From the NCBI GenBank assembly GCA_012295275.1, contig CM022672.1, positions 5,022,001 to 5,086,000 on the forward strand: a stretch of DNA of 64,000 nucleotides, given 5' to 3'. Below the pieces are notes generated by a model. The model did no database searches and was not told the origin of the DNA. It was given only the letters and a program-made list of their open reading frames with translations. How positions within the stretch are numbered: position 1 is the first letter of the stretch; the number at the start of each line of letters is the position of its first letter. Below are positions 39,119 through 55,104 of this stretch, piece after piece. Source of the DNA: Chrysomallon squamiferum (Eukaryota > Animalia > Mollusca). The translations under genes were made by a program, and so were the position numbers.

Positions 39119-40881
39119 AATCTCTCTCTCTCACCTCCATAATACTTATTTAATATTTACCTATATTTCTAAATCACCAAAAAAAAAAAACATTATGCTA
39201 TAATTACATATTTTCCTTTTTATTTCATTTTGCGACCTAACGACAAGAAAACTGAAGCTAAAAATAGCTTATGGATTGGACGCCAGGATGGATTTCCACT
39301 CGAAGTATTGTTTGTGATAAAATTATTATTTACTGCATAATGACAGCATCGCAGACTTCTCGGGCAGGCAGTGCTGTTAATGGATATGTAATTTTAAATT
39401 ATTGTTTTTCTCCGTTTATTTATTTGTTTTAAAAGAAAGAAGACACGTTTTGTTTTAATCAGTTCGTGTATGAGAGGACATTTGTGATAATCAGACGAGA
39501 TTGTCGTTCAGAACTAAACTCTGGGATTACGACTGCAACATTAAATTGAATGATTTTTTTGTTGTTGTTGTCTTTTTTGTTATTCTTCATTCTCATATAT
39601 GATGCTTAAGGTGTCTAATGAAGAAAATAAAAAGAATGTTAATTTGCAGATTTGTAATAAAATAATTACAGTCTTCTGACATTAAAACCTATTCTGTGTA
39701 TGTATATATATATTTTATTCCTTAGGTTATTTAGGATGTCATTGGTGAATGTGGATTGTTGTTTGTGTTATATTAATGTTTGTGTTTTTTCATCAAGTGT
39801 CTTTTTGTTGTTGTTGTTAATTTGATGTTAATAATGCAGTGAACTACATGATGATATACTGGGTTGGGTTGTTTTATTAAATATTCTTACTTGTCTTTGT
39901 GTTTTTTTCTTGTGTATCTCTGTCTCTATCTGTCGAAATATTTTTTTGTAATCGTATAATTTTCTGTCTGTCGATAAATGTATCTTTCATTGTTCTCAAA
40001 TGTCAACATCCATATTCACGAACGTTAGATAAAATATAGTCATAACATTACAACCTTCAGTAAATGTTATCAAAATCTATTATTTTGTCTTATCTTGAAA
40101 TCCTTCAACACTAGACTCCATAAAAAAAAACCAGAAACAAAACAACCAGATTTATCTTCTGCTCTTACCAGTGCATTTGTATCTTTTGTATAATAAACAT
40201 GAACTTGTACTGAAAGAACAAAATTAAAGAACCATCGACCAGAATTCACACTTCAAATATTCGCCAGTGTTTGTAAAACAGCGACAGTCTATCGATAAAT
40301 AAAATTTAAAAAAAAAATCGTGAATATACTTATTTACGATTTCATTCGTGGTACAACTGCAAAAACGTTTCATCATGTTTGTTAACGTCATTCAGTTTAT
40401 CCACGTTTAATGTAAACAGCTCTATTCTAAACGTTCTTTGTTGTTATTCTGGACCGTGTCAACATACAGAAAATCACATGTGTAAGCTAGATAAATAAAT
40501 CGTGCACACGTCAATTAATGGACAAACAAAAATAGAAATTGTAAATGGGATGGGAAAACGCGGAAGGATTATGCTATATATGTGTGTGTGTATGTGTGTG
40601 TGTGTGTGTGTGTGTGTTTGTGTGTTTATGTGTGGATGTGTTTGTGTGTGTATGTGTGCGTGTTTCTATTTGTATGTGTATGTGCATATATATATATATA
40701 TTTTTAAGTATGTATGTATGTATGTGTATATATATATATTTATTCAAGTATGTATGTATGTATGAATGTATGTATGTATGTATGTATGTATGTATATATA
40801 TATATATATTTAAGTACGTACACACACACACACACACATATATATCATGTATATATGTATTTATGTATGGGAGTATACATA

Positions 40882-40922
<41 letters not shown>

Positions 40923-41385
40923 ATACATGACTGTATATAACTGTGTGCGTACATTTATGTGTATCTCACAAATACTGAGCAAACGTCAAAAGAACAAAAA
41001 TTGTTTACTTGGATTTTTCTCAGTTCGATATGACAGTTTTTTGCAAATCTTTGAAGTCATGTTAAAAATGTCCATGTGACAACATGAATCTTTTGTTCAC
41101 ACTGATAAATCAGATCACAAAAGAAAAAGTTTACATTGGCAGCTGTCACCAATGCTTCAAATTTAATCAGCATTTTTCATTATAATTTATGACAGTATAA
41201 CGTTCCTGTCTCAAATCGATGCATCATAATGAATTCAGGTTTTCACGCTGGTAATACTCTGAAAACAAAGTATATTTTGATCCACATAAAAATTAAAGGA
41301 TTATGCCTTTCCTAAACTCTAATGGGTAATTTTTTTATTTTTTTTTTATTTTTGTTTTATTGTCGTTGATGATTATTAGTATTAT

Positions 41386-41424
<39 letters not shown>

Positions 41425-41980
41425 TATTATTATTATTAACATTATTATTATTTTCATTTGAAGCAGACGTCTGGGATCTCACCACAGAATTTAAACAGCT
41501 TGCGAATCAGCCATATTTCTGTCTCGTTCTGAATAACCCACGTGTCTGCTTTACTTTCGCTTTCAGATTAAAAAAAAAAAAAAACAAAATAAAAAAATAA
41601 AAATTTGGGTGCAAATCGAAACGTCAGTCAGTAGATTCTGTTTGTTCTTTGAGTTATAAATAAATGTCATTTTACTTTATTTTCTTCTTCTTCTTCAGAT
41701 TTTTTGTTGTTGTCTGTTTGTTTGTTGTTGAGGCATTTTTGAGGGGGGATTGTGGGAGATGTAGTTTTCAGTACGTCAACACGCTGGAAGTTTTCATTAC
41801 CGTTAAATAAAATAATGGTGGGTACAAAATTTCAGATAAAGGGATGCTGTCGCTGTAGATGGTATAACGTTACAGTAGACGTATGTGTTAAGTAATTTCA
41901 GTTATGAATGACAGGTCGGTTAGCAAATTGTTGTGAACTAGACCTAGTATGTATCCCTCGCTTTTCTCCTTATTAAATGT

Positions 41981-42155
41981 AATAATAGTTTGTTATAAAA
42001 CGTAATAGTTTTTTTATAAACGTAACAGTTTTTTTTATAAAACGTAATAGTAATTTGTTATAAAACGTAATAGTAATTTGCTATAAAATGTAATAGTAAT
42101 TTGTTACAAAACGTAATCGTAAACTGTTATAAAACATGATAGTAATTTGTTATAA
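41981..42155. repeat. 20-23-bp minisatellite, about 8 units
   Basis: Consensus TAATAGTAATTTGTTATAAAACG repeated with variants. Confidence 0.85.
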
Positions 42156-42454
42156 GGAATTATTGTCAGATGATAATAAACTAATACTAACTGTTTTGAA
42201 AATCACGAAACTACACTGAAGATTTCTTGCACAGATCAACATGTTCAAATATTTATTACCTTTCCAAAAAATCGGTCTCGTTATTTTTCATTCTAGGCTA
42301 CAAAAATGGATATCTTGAAAAATCTATTTGTAACGTAAACTTACGATTATTCTAACAGTTCTAACCTTTTTCTAATGACAGCGAGCGAGAATGAAAAAGA
42401 TTATTAGAGAGAGAATCAAAGATAGATAACTAGAGAGATAGATAGAAGAGAGCT

Positions 42455-42531
<77 letters not shown>

Positions 42532-42574
42532 ATATCTAACATATAAGAGACTTTATAAAAACAAAATTTACAAA

Positions 42575-43080
42575 ACTTACCGTCACGCTGAGAACAATGC
42601 GTAAAACATCGCGTGTCTGTTTCTAAACACACAAAGTATCCACACAACTAACCAATTCATGTTTTCACCAGTTGATTAACGAGTTGTGACTTCATCTCCC
42701 ACCGAAGCCCGAATAACTAACTGTAGACTCAGCTCGCACGTTTTCTTCGATCCTTTCCATTTCATTCTGAAGAATTAACTCGCGGATCACGTGACACGTC
42801 AGTCTGCGATTCAGACATTGGTCAAGTGGCATTTATTGCGGGGGTGCAGCAGCTGGCCTATCGCGCATGCGTCGATCAATATATAAAAAAAAAAAAAAGG
42901 CAAAAACGAGTAATTCATCGAGAGTGACCCCTTTCAGAGGCGGCGCGATCATTTAAAACTATCCCAGAGTTGAGAGAAACGGTTCCTTATTCTAAACAGG
43001 TCTCCTAACATCGATCTGACTACCGAGCCTCGGAAGCAAATGAACGCGGCACCGTTTATGTGTCTAACAAATTAACAAAA
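42575..43080 (-). promoter_or_regulatory. CpG-rich island: candidate promoter / non-coding first exon of the receptor gene
   Basis: Minus-strand donor ACG|GTAAGT (intron starts 42580). E-box CACGTG 42788-42793, ATTGG (CCAAT on minus) 42817-42821, CAGCTG 42850-42855, NRF1-like CGCGCATGCG 42862-42871, TATATA about 42880-42885. Bracketed by (GA)n and (CT)n tracts. Link to the gene is inferred only. Confidence 0.35.
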
Positions 43081-43119
43081 CATCAATAGATATCTCCTGT
43101 TTTCCTGGATCTTTTTTTT

Positions 43120-43222
<103 letters not shown>

Positions 43223-43677
43223 CCTTATTTGGTTGATTATTTTTATTTTATTCGCCTATTTACTGAATCATTTATTCATTCATTCATTCATTTATTTACG
43301 ACGCTTAAGGTTTATTTATTTATTGCTTAGGGGAAAGAGATGGAGAATGGGCGATTGAAAATAATGTTCAGTTCCTTAACAAGGATTGTCAGTCATAACA
43401 TTTTTAATTCTTCAGGGATCGGCAAACGCAAAAGACAGAAAATAATTGTTTTGTTGACAACCAGGAAATCGCGCCTGGTGACTTTCAAACTCGTAAACAA
43501 AAACATCTTTTCTGACTGCTGTGTTCACTAATTGTGTTCAATAAGTGTTTACACACAAACACGCGCTCACGCGCGCACAAACACACACACACACACACAC
43601 ACACACTGCAATGCTCTCTCTCTCTCTTAATCTTTTTCATTCTTGCTCACTGTCATTAAAACAAAAACGGTTAGAAC

Positions 43678-43745
43678 TGTTGTATGTATGTTGTATGTAT
43701 GTTGTATGTATGTTGTATGTATGTTGTATGTATGTTGTATGTATG
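43678..43745. repeat. 11-bp tandem repeat (TGTTGTATGTA) x about 6
   Basis: Direct reading; near-perfect units. Confidence 0.9.
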
Positions 43746-43949
43746 TATATATATATATAAAGTTATATTAATGAACTCAGTTATATTTAGAAAACCTGAT
43801 AGTAAGACATATACGTTTACAGTATAAAATTTCATAGAATTTACATAAAGTGCATACAAACTAATATCAAACGACAATTAAAAATACATACATACATGTA
43901 TATACACAAACTCACATTCATCCATCCATGCATAAATAAGTAAAATTCA

Positions 43950-44360
43950 TACACTGTGGAAATACATACATGCAATTACACATAAACTTTCTTTCATATT
44001 TATATAAATACATACATAAACAAACACAGTCAAACAGTATATACATTCACACATACACACACATACGAATATACCGACATACAGTATGTACATACACACA
44101 CACACACACACGTACATACATACATATATGCATAGATACATACATACATACATACATACGTACGTGCATACATACAAACATAGATACATACATACATGCA
44201 TGCATGCATACATACATACATACATACATACGTACATACATACAAACATAGATACATACATACATACAAACATACATACATACATACGTACATACATACA
44301 AACATAGATACATACATACATACATACATGCATGCATGCATACATACGTACGTACGTACG
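43950..44360. repeat. (CATA)n compound tract 5' of SINE copy D
   Basis: Direct reading. Confidence 0.9.
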
Positions 44361-44470
44361 TTCCCAAATATCGTCTATGTGCAGAGTCTGTTCAGACGTA
44401 CATAAGACAGAGAGTATTCAAAATCCTAAACTATATACATAAATATACATACATACATACACACATACAT
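44361..44470 (+). mobile_element. 5'-truncated SINE copy (copy D)
   Basis: ttcccaaatatcgtctatgtgcagagtctgttcagacgtacataagacagagagtattcaaaatcctaaactatatacat aligns with 21877-21956. Embedded in (ACAT)n. Confidence 0.8.
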
Positions 44471-45035
44471 ACACACACATACACACAAAAATACATACAT
44501 ACAAAGAAACCGTTATATATACAAAAACATACACATTTATAAAAACAAAACAAAAAACAACAACAAACGTCGGCCATCTTAACTTACGGCAAAACGACGT
44601 TGTCGTATCCACCATACCTGTACGTGCAGTGCAGCCGTCGTTAGCATTTTTACCCGATATCAGGTTTGTTGCGGAGTCGAGCCAATATCCGGAATTACTG
44701 CCTCAAACAATAACTAGAATCAAACCCTTCGCTTTCGACACGATACTCTCTCGTCGATTTGTAATTTAAATCTAATCATAACATTTATGCAGAATCCATA
44801 AATCTTTACGTTATCTGTGTAATTATAAAATACAGATTTTTTTTAAAAGCATTTTCGTTCTTTGTTTTTAATTTGGAGCGATGAAGAAAAAGGTTTAAAC
44901 GGAAGAGTTAGGAAATGACTGTACGAGGTGAAAGGATAAATAATTGTCAGAAACGGTTAAGAATTATCTCAAACCACCCACGCTTTATAAGGAAAGGTAT
45001 TAGTGCTTTTTGTTACTTTTATATATAGATAGATA

Positions 45036-45075
<40 letters not shown>

Positions 45076-46167
45076 GATAGACAGACACATAGAGAGACAG
45101 ATGGAGAGAGGAGAGATCGACACACATACATACATACACACACACGCATATACGAAAACCTGTACATACATACCTACGTACATTCAAACCCTATATATAT
45201 ATATATACATACGTACATTCAAACCCTTTATATATACATCCGTACATACATATAATTTTATATATACGATATATGCTTAAGTAATCATGCCTACAAAAGC
45301 ATTTGTTATTACTTCAGTTATCTCTTATAACAGAGTGTTTGGTGCCCACTTCTGGGTAACATTTAGAATACTGTAGTTATATGGAAAGTATTCAGACTGC
45401 TAACGATAATTATTGTTTGTTTTCAATTTTTTTTTTTTTTTTTTTATTATTATTTGTTTGTTGTTGTTTGTTTTGTTTTTATTTCTTTTTTTTTTTTCTT
45501 TTTCTTTTTCTTTTATTATTATTTATTTATTATTATTTTTTATTTTATTATTTTTTTTTTTTTTTTTTTTTTTTAGTTCTTTTTTTTTTCTTTTTTTTTA
45601 TTTAATTTGTTTTTTGTCCATGCATCTGGAATTATTGTAATAAAAATAAGATTGTGTGTATTATGTAACACAAGTGTGTCTGTGTTGGTAATAACTGTTC
45701 GTGTGTAAATACACAATCGGTATCCTTTCAGAAAACGTATCTGGGTACACATGAAGAACGCAGACTGGAAAGTGCACAGATGATGATACACACACAAACT
45801 GTTCTGTTCTACCACGAGGGTCTGGTTTAAAATCAATAACAATTGCCATGGCCGATCCAATTGTTAAATTGTTCTACTTGCTGACAGTTCGAATTAGGAC
45901 TTCGAATTGGCGAACTAAAATCCATTTCTTTCTTCCGATAAAGGATTTTAATTAGTATACATTTTTGGAATTAGACAAAATTATAAAAACAAAAACATAA
46001 GGCTGACTGAAAAGTATATATCTTATCACTTGAAGATATGAAATATGTTTTGCAGAGAGAAAATGTCTAGGATACTTGATGACGTGTATAATTAAAACGT
46101 GTATAAAATATAATTTCCCAAACCGCATGACAATGACATGATATAATTTTGATCTTTTTTCAACAAT

Positions 46168-46360
<193 letters not shown>

Positions 46361-46422
46361 AATCGTTTCCTTGTTATCTCTGGATACTTTTTTTCTACCC
46401 TCTCACTTTATTAAAATCGTTT

Positions 46423-46453
<31 letters not shown>

Positions 46454-47752
46454 TTCCAACATTTCAAAAGTTATTAACCTATTTAAATCAGAACTCTCAT
46501 AATAAAATTACATTATCTTTTTAAACAGAAAGCAGAACCTTGAACTAACTTGGTGAAAAGACGCGTTCGCCGTTCTATTATGTGCAATCCTTCAGTAGAA
46601 ATACTGATATTAAATGTTACAATTATAGTTTCGCTTAATAACCTGTTACTATTTAATTAAACGAAAGTCCTTTTTAAAGTACGGATTTAATGATGCAAAC
46701 TACTAAAGAAGAGATAATCATTTTATAACAGATAAAATCGAACACAATGTTGTTGTTTTTTCAGCACTAACAGACCGCACTTTTATTTTAAAATAAAAAA
46801 AGAAGAAGAAAAGAAAGAAAAAGAAGCCAACAAAGAGTAAAACAAAGAGAAGAAAACTCTTTAACAGATCTTCACATCGTCAGAGTGCTTCTTTTCCTCC
46901 TTTGCCATGTGACCTGACTGTGCCCGGGGGGGGTCGGGCACGGGACCGCCGTGACATCCCTCTCGTTAGCAAAGGGTTGCATGTGTCGTGTGCCCGATGT
47001 CACGTTCATTAGCACCACAGGCGATCATTGCCCTCAAAAGTCCTGTCATCTTTCGAACTCTCTAGAAGGCCAGTGCTGTTCCAGTGACCTACATTAGCGG
47101 TAACCCAGTTCGAGGCGACATGTTTTAGCCAAAGGAATCGGCCTAATTAAACCCATCTTTGGCAGTGCATTAACGAGTTATGGGAAGCTCGCATATGGCT
47201 AGGAAGAGAGATAAAATTCAATAATACAAAAGTCTGAAACACAATAACGTGATGCAGACGGCAGTGTGGTCTGTGTAAGTAAACGAGTTTTTTTTTTTTT
47301 TTTTCCCACGGATTAGGAATCGTGTGGTCGAACATCGCAGGACAGAACAAAAGAAAGTCGTGGTGAACTAAGCGTTATTGAAATGAAAAGTATTAAATAT
47401 AATTACTGCTAAATACCGGCTATTTAAGGTTTTGGGCTGGATTTTGAAAAAAATATATATAAATCGTTTTATATGTTCTGACTTGTGGGACAAAGTGTTC
47501 CATATTCTAAATAGGGTTTTATTTTTGTTCCAGCGGTTACGAAATCCTCGGACAGTCTGAAGACCAGACTGATAATGAAATGTCACTTTAATAAAGGTGT
47601 TTGAGAACAACAGTTATAAGCAGGACACGCACACATCCACACACAAACACACACTCTCTCAAACACAAATATATGTTTTCTTACTAAATGCATATATGTT
47701 AAAGATGAGCACATGTACACATGAAGATATATTTGCGTGTATGTATGTAATG

Positions 47753-47842
<90 letters not shown>

Positions 47843-48701
47843 ATTAAACTACGAAATTTCCAACGTATGCATTATAAACTATTTCCCAATCTACCACACA
47901 CCTTGTGTAACTGACTGTGCTGTTAGTTTTCCAGTCAATGAAAAACTGTAAAAGATTCATTGCTGCTATTCAAGAGAAGGAACCTTTGGTGTATGATTGC
48001 ATATACTTTTCTCTCGTGTTATCACAATAACCGTTAACTTTAAAATAAATTCTGATATGTGTTTAAAAACCTCATTAATTAACTTTAAAACACTTACCAT
48101 GAAAATATAGAGTAATTAACCATTCGAAGTGTCACGTTAATTTTTTTAATTATTAAATATTTTATTATTATTATATAAAAATTATAATCTTCTAAAGAAA
48201 TATTTTATTTTCATATAGCATTATCGATTCAGAAAGGAAAAATCGGTAAGTTTCAGAGTAACTCTTTAATTCATTTCGTTAGTAAACCAAAAAGTGCAAG
48301 ACAGATTCAAAAAGTTCTTCGTTTTTGCTTTGTAACACATAAAAAAACCACAAGTTTAAAACACATTAGTGCGTCTGTAATTTGCTGACTAGCTCCAAAG
48401 CCGTGCTATTATGCATATTCGTGTTTGAGCCTCGCGTCTAGACTCAAACATTACGTAAGTACGACTTCTGGTTATCATTTAAGCTTCCGAAACTATCTTG
48501 TGTGTTGCAAGCCCTGAAAGAAACAAAATAATTAGTGCAGATATTACTTCCTGTCAAATATCGATCAATCAGATTGTCTGTTACAGATCACGCTTCTGCG
48601 GCTCAGAATGCCTCGCTGTCGTTACAGAACTCATCCCATCTAGCACTGCGTACATACATTATCTGCTATTATAGTTCATTAGAGATAATTAGCCTTCGGC
48701 A

Positions 48702-48733
<32 letters not shown>

Positions 48734-48852
48734 CATTTAGACTGTGTTTTGTAACAATTGCAAAGATTCTCATTCCTTAAACTTAATAATTTCGGTTCAT
48801 TTAAGAAAGATGTTGAAAAAATAAAAATATTGAAATACGAAATTCGTTTACT

Positions 48853-48883
<31 letters not shown>

Positions 48884-50182
48884 TTGTTTATTTATTTATT
48901 TATTTATTTATTGTTGTTTGTAGATAATTATATAATATTAACCAGAGTAAGTCCCATCTTATTTAGAAATGTAATACTAGATTAAGAGCCATAACTGACT
49001 GGCACTGAGAGGGGGCAGATGTTCAATAACAAATTAAAAACAACAGGAACAACAAAAATGTATCAGTTTTGAAAACAAAAATTTTGTTTTTTTCTTGTAA
49101 AAGATTAAAATATGTTTGTTGTTGTTTTTGTTTCCGAACTTGAAAAATGTTAGTAAATAAATGTAATCAAATGAATGAATATTTAAAGTACCTTTTAATA
49201 TTAACGGATATTTTAATTTAAAAGGGTAAATTGAACTTTTCACATATATTATAAATTGAGTAGGAAACTGCTGTCGTAATTTACATAGAGAGATCAGTAT
49301 ACAGCTTCCATTAGGCTGGAAAAAAATCAAATCTCATTTGATAAACAAATCCTATGTTAAAAATTTAAAACTGTAAATAGCAGGATCTTCTCAGATTATT
49401 TTGGTATGAATGAAACTAACGGTGAACATTTGTAAACCATAGGGAAATGTTGTCGCGTGTGCAAACAGGTTTTTTTAATAAAGACGCAATGAAACAGTTC
49501 AAGAAACACTGTTTTAAAAAATTGTTGTGTCTTATATATTTGACGAAAACCATAACAAGAAAGAAAATTAAAAAGAATTTCTACACTGGAATAAAATTTA
49601 ATGTTTTTTATTTACTGTTTTTTATTTTTTTAATGAAATATAACATTCTTTACCATTCAAGACATATAAACAAAATTCTAATATTTAAATGCATAAATAA
49701 ATAATTAAATAGATAAATATAAATAAAAATGAGAAAAAAAAAATAATAATAATAAAAAATTTAAAAATATGAATATGTGAAGTAAAAATAAAACCGAGAA
49801 AGAAACAGAAGGTGTACGTATTGATTAAATATTAACAATGGCTGGACCCCTTTCTGCTAAATACAGTTTCAAATATTTCCTTTGGATTTCATGTTTATGA
49901 CCTCAATTTATACATTTTCTAGACTAACGAGCAGCTTACGCCAGAAAGCAACTTACGATGTAATTATTATTCGTATCTTGTCGAAGTCTATTTAACTTCC
50001 TTTACTGATACATGGATGGATGGATAAGAAAGGTAAGTAATTAAATTCCGTTCAGAGAAGATACTGTGATCACGTGACCAGTCTGGTCGTTCAACTTTCT
50101 GCACTGGATAGATTTGACCTGTTAATTAGAAGTTGATAAACTCTTAATCGTGTCGAAACTTGAAGCATTTGAAAGCAGTTCC

Positions 50183-50224
<42 letters not shown>

Positions 50225-50362
50225 GGTTATTCTGAAAACAAGGATTTAAAAACGTGTTTGGAAAAGGTTTATTTTAAAAACAAAAAATATATATAATATA
50301 ATTTTTTTTTTATCAAAAATTAAATTAATTTACATATTTATTGATGTACTTTTATTATTATG

Positions 50363-50416
<54 letters not shown>

Positions 50417-50795
50417 CTTAATATTACTGGTGCTGCTGCTACTATTACTACTACTACTCTTTCTATTATTTATTTATTTATTTATTATTATTATTTAAAT
50501 ATGTAAAAATGCTTTCAATGGAATAAAACAAAATAAATATAAATATAAAGCATAAAATTTAATTTTTGCATCCTCCTTGCTATATGCACTATTATGAAAA
50601 GGTTGTAAGCTGTACAAATATATCGATGACATACTGAAATATTCCAGAAATGTCTGCTACTGTTTCGATTATTATCTCGCAGCCTCGGGTCACGTGGCAT
50701 GTCAGAATGTTCCAGATCACTGTAACAGCTAAATGACTCTTGACACCTGATATTTACATTCTCAAATAACGTTCGATCGAAAACTGGTTTCTTTG

Positions 50796-50831
<36 letters not shown>

Positions 50832-51032
50832 ATTTTCTTGAAAACATGTTTGTGTGAAACTGAAGACCGTATATTTCAAGGTTTAATGGATATCTTGATA
50901 AGTGAATGACGCTGGTAAAAAAAAAAAAAAAAAAAGTGTTTTCAAACAAGTTTTAAAAAGAAAGCGATAGATAGAACAAAAAAAAACTGATAGGTAAATA
51001 AGGTGGAATCACACGGGAGAGAGAGAGAGATA

Positions 51033-51120
<88 letters not shown>

Positions 51121-51838
51121 CAAAATACATGGTATACTGTGATGAATTGAAGAGCTGATATTCAGATTACAGAAGACATGATTTGCACAAAGAAAGCACT
51201 TCTAAATTAACGAGCTTTTCTACAGTTTGAACAATCATTACTTAAAGTTTAAGATATTTAAAAAAAGAAATCTTGATATTTTATATTTCTTTTTCCCTTT
51301 TTCATTTTTATTGCATATTATTTATTTATTTATTTATTATTTATATTACATGTTTTTATCTTATTTTATTTACTTGTTTATTTAATTATTTTTTTAAATG
51401 TTGTTTTATTTTTTCATTTTTCATTTTCTTTTTTAGGATGAACGTAAAAGAATGAAATGAAAAATAACATAATAACAAAATAAATAAGAGTAATAGTCAT
51501 GATGATAATAACAACCATACTGTAGTAACAGTTACTACTAGTAATAATAATAATATTAATAATAATAATATCAACAACAGCAACATCAGTAATAACAGTG
51601 CTGATGTTCATACATCATAATGTAAACTCGTATTTATGTATAATATTTGTACTTTCGTACAGTCTGGTGTATTGTACCAGGTAAGTGATGTCGTAAAATG
51701 TCAGATATGTCTTTTACAAACTGAAAACAGTTCTTAATTTAAGACTGAAGTTTTGATATCGGTCTGATTAACCTAATGTATTTGGCAAATAAATTCAAAT
51801 AAAAATATGTTGATTTCCTTTGACCACATTTAACAAAT

Positions 51839-51873
<35 letters not shown>

Positions 51874-52766
51874 TAATAAAATGAAAATGCTACGATATTA
51901 AACATAATTATTTTCACTTATTTGTTTTGAATTTTTAACTAAGAAAAGCAAAGAAAAAACTAAAACCAGCATTTAAATGCAACTCAGTAATTATACGAAA
52001 TGAACAATAACGTTAACGAGAGTAGAATCATTATCAACAACAACGACAACAACGACAACAACAACAATAATAATAATCATGATACGATCATCATGATGAT
52101 AAAAATAACAAATTCAAAATTTTGAGATCGTTTAACTATTGAAGAACTTTATTATTTGGAAAACAAGTCAGTGGGGAAACGTTTAATTTTATTCCGTGGT
52201 ATTTTCTGCCCAGGACGGTGCTCCGAACCAACGAAAATTTGTAACCATTAAAGGTGGCTGACCCAGCCGAATATTCGCGAAATGTCTGCAAGCAGTTCAA
52301 TTGTTTACTCAAAGCAGAAAGTCTTGGTCTGTGGTGGTGAGTTTTATTCCAAATAACTCAATCACACTTGACATGTGATATTTACACTCCCAAAATTCGA
52401 TCGCCTTTTTCCTTTAAAGAAAAATGTTTCGCGCTTTCTTTCGGGCATTTGGACCTATTTTGGAATCACTCATTCATTTAAATAGGAAAAACGATACACC
52501 GATATAGCAAGGTATGATTCTGTTTTTAGAATCGGTCCAAATATAGATGGCACCGGAGGCACAACTGGTGAATTCCAGTCATACGCATTATTCATACGCA
52601 TTTTTTTTTGTTTTGGTCTTTGAAATTATTAATATGAATGGTTGGGCCAAGGGTTATGATGAAATGTCAGAAGCTGTTAGGATTGTCTGTTTTGTGCTAA
52701 TTTTATGCGTATCTGAATGTCAGCATTTGGGGTGGGGGAGTTTCCAGTACCTAAATTTGTATTCTG

Positions 52767-52829
<63 letters not shown>

Positions 52830-53973
52830 GCTGTTCTTAAAAGAAATCGCTTCCTCTGTGGACTGAAAAGTTTTATTTTCTGACATCGATTGTGGGATAT
52901 CGGTAAGTTGGCATTTCAGGACTATAATCTGCAAGAGAAATCCATTATTATTATCAAGAGATTTAATACCGACCGAAAATAGATTTAGTCAGAACGGGAT
53001 ATAACCACGAATATATTCGCAAAGTTTTCAATTGTCCTTTCTGTGTACACATGACCGTAACGAGACTTTTTTTTAAACGAGGTAAAAACACTCAATCGCC
53101 GAGCGCAGTGGGCAAAACAAAAAAAAACTTGGGCGATGAGTCTGAAGGATTTTAGCCATTTCCTGGCATCTTTTTCCTAGTTGAGTAATCATCTTTTTAT
53201 GATTTAATTTATCGTATTTTTTACTTTACCAGGCAAGAGGGAGTATTTATATTTTTTAAATAAAATCTTTGTATATAAAAAAAATAATAATAATTTTTTT
53301 TTTTTTTTTTTTTACATTGTCAGTTTGCCTCATTGTAGCTACGGCGATGATATATTGTGCTTAATGTCTAAGAATTGGTGGTAAAAGCATCTTCGAATAC
53401 GAAAAGTAACGAAATTACGATTTTAACCTTCATATGATGATTACAATCAACCCTGAAGAATTGCAGGAAACGAGTTCAAAACCCAAAACATGACTGTTTT
53501 GATGTAAACATAGTTTTTGTGTAAATCTATCGCTCTCTAAAAATAAATATTTAAATTAATAAATTAATTAAATACACAAATAAATTGTATACACATACAT
53601 ATATACACACATACACACACACATACATACACATACATCCACATAAACATACATATATACACACATACACATACATATATACACACATACACATACATAC
53701 ATACACATACATCCACACAAACATACATATAAATTCTTTTATTATTTGTAACATTTTAAAATTTACTTGTAATACTCACAATGATACCTAAATCCGAGTA
53801 ACAAATTTATTTAGATTAGTAGTTTTTGCTCGAAGATACAACGCACAAGAAAATATTTAAATTCTGATTCCGATTTAATTTTCTATTCTATTTATTTTTA
53901 ATTTTGGTTTCTTTCTGTGATTTAATATTATTTTTTACTGTTATTGCCAATGAAAATGTAATCAACTAATTTC

Positions 53974-54013
<40 letters not shown>

Positions 54014-54127
54014 AAGCTTTACTCTATAAATGATTATAACTTCTTTTTTTAGAAGAAGAAGAAGGAACGATTAAGTAAATTGTTATAAAAATGCAGCATA
54101 AGTTACTTTATTCATATCCAATGTAGT

Positions 54128-54175
<48 letters not shown>

Positions 54176-54861
54176 TGTTTGTTTATTGTTTGTTTAGTTA
54201 AATGTTTATTTATTTATTTGCCCAGTTAAAAAAGAAATTGTTTTTTAAAACTTGTCTATTATCATTATTATTCTCTTCTTCCTAGTTTATCTAAATATTT
54301 ATTTAACCACTTATTTGTTTTTATGTTCCTTGTTCATTATTTTAGCATATTATGTGTGTGTTTTTTTGTGTGTTTTTTTCTTTTTTTCTTTTTTCTTCCA
54401 TCACTTTTATATTGACGTTTGTATTATTTCTTTTAATAATAATTTCAAATCACTTATATACACATTTCTACATTTTAACTAAACCTCAGAATAAAACACT
54501 TTAAACTAACTTACACCTAATAATAACTTTCACATTAAAGACATTATCAATACATTTTTAGTCGAGTGACTTTTTCCTGTAAACAATTTCAGTTGGTGTC
54601 CGTATTTCTGATAGTATTTTTACACAAATGCTGTCTCTTTGTACAAGTACAGTTAAGACGTTCCCCTTTTAAAACGGTTTCGGGCTATTGTGGGCAGTTT
54701 GGGTGGGCAGTGTTTTGGCGAGCTCTGCTGAAACACACCGAGAAACGTTTTAATCAAGTACGCAACCCCTGGGCTAAATTTCATTGATGGGGGGTGGGCG
54801 GCAGATGAAAGAAGTGGCCATGAAATATGAATAAATATTTCTTAATTGCTATTTTTTTTTG

Positions 54862-54868
54862 TCTTCTT

Positions 54869-54899
<31 letters not shown>

Positions 54900-54915
54900 T
54901 TATTATTATTATTAT

Positions 54916-54971
<56 letters not shown>

Positions 54972-55014
54972 TCATTATTATTATATTGTTCTTATCATTT
55001 TTATATTGTTGTTG

Positions 55015-55101
<87 letters not shown>
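54862..55101. repeat. (CTT)n-(ATT)n-(AGT)n...(ATT)n compound trinucleotide tract
   Basis: Direct reading. Confidence 0.95.

Positions 55102-55104
<3 letters not shown>

Noticed and set aside
48421-48451. Small hairpin TGTTTGAG...CTCAAACA (and CGTCTACCT...AGGTAGACG at about 5630-5677)
   Set aside because: Stems of 8-9 bp are expected by chance in 64 kb and are too short for a miRNA call.
50028-51690. Isolated plus-strand donor-like sites (AG|GTAAGT at about 50032 and 51681) suggesting a host gene
   Set aside because: No paired acceptor or coding frame could be supported. A host gene with a very large intron cannot be excluded but is not evidenced.
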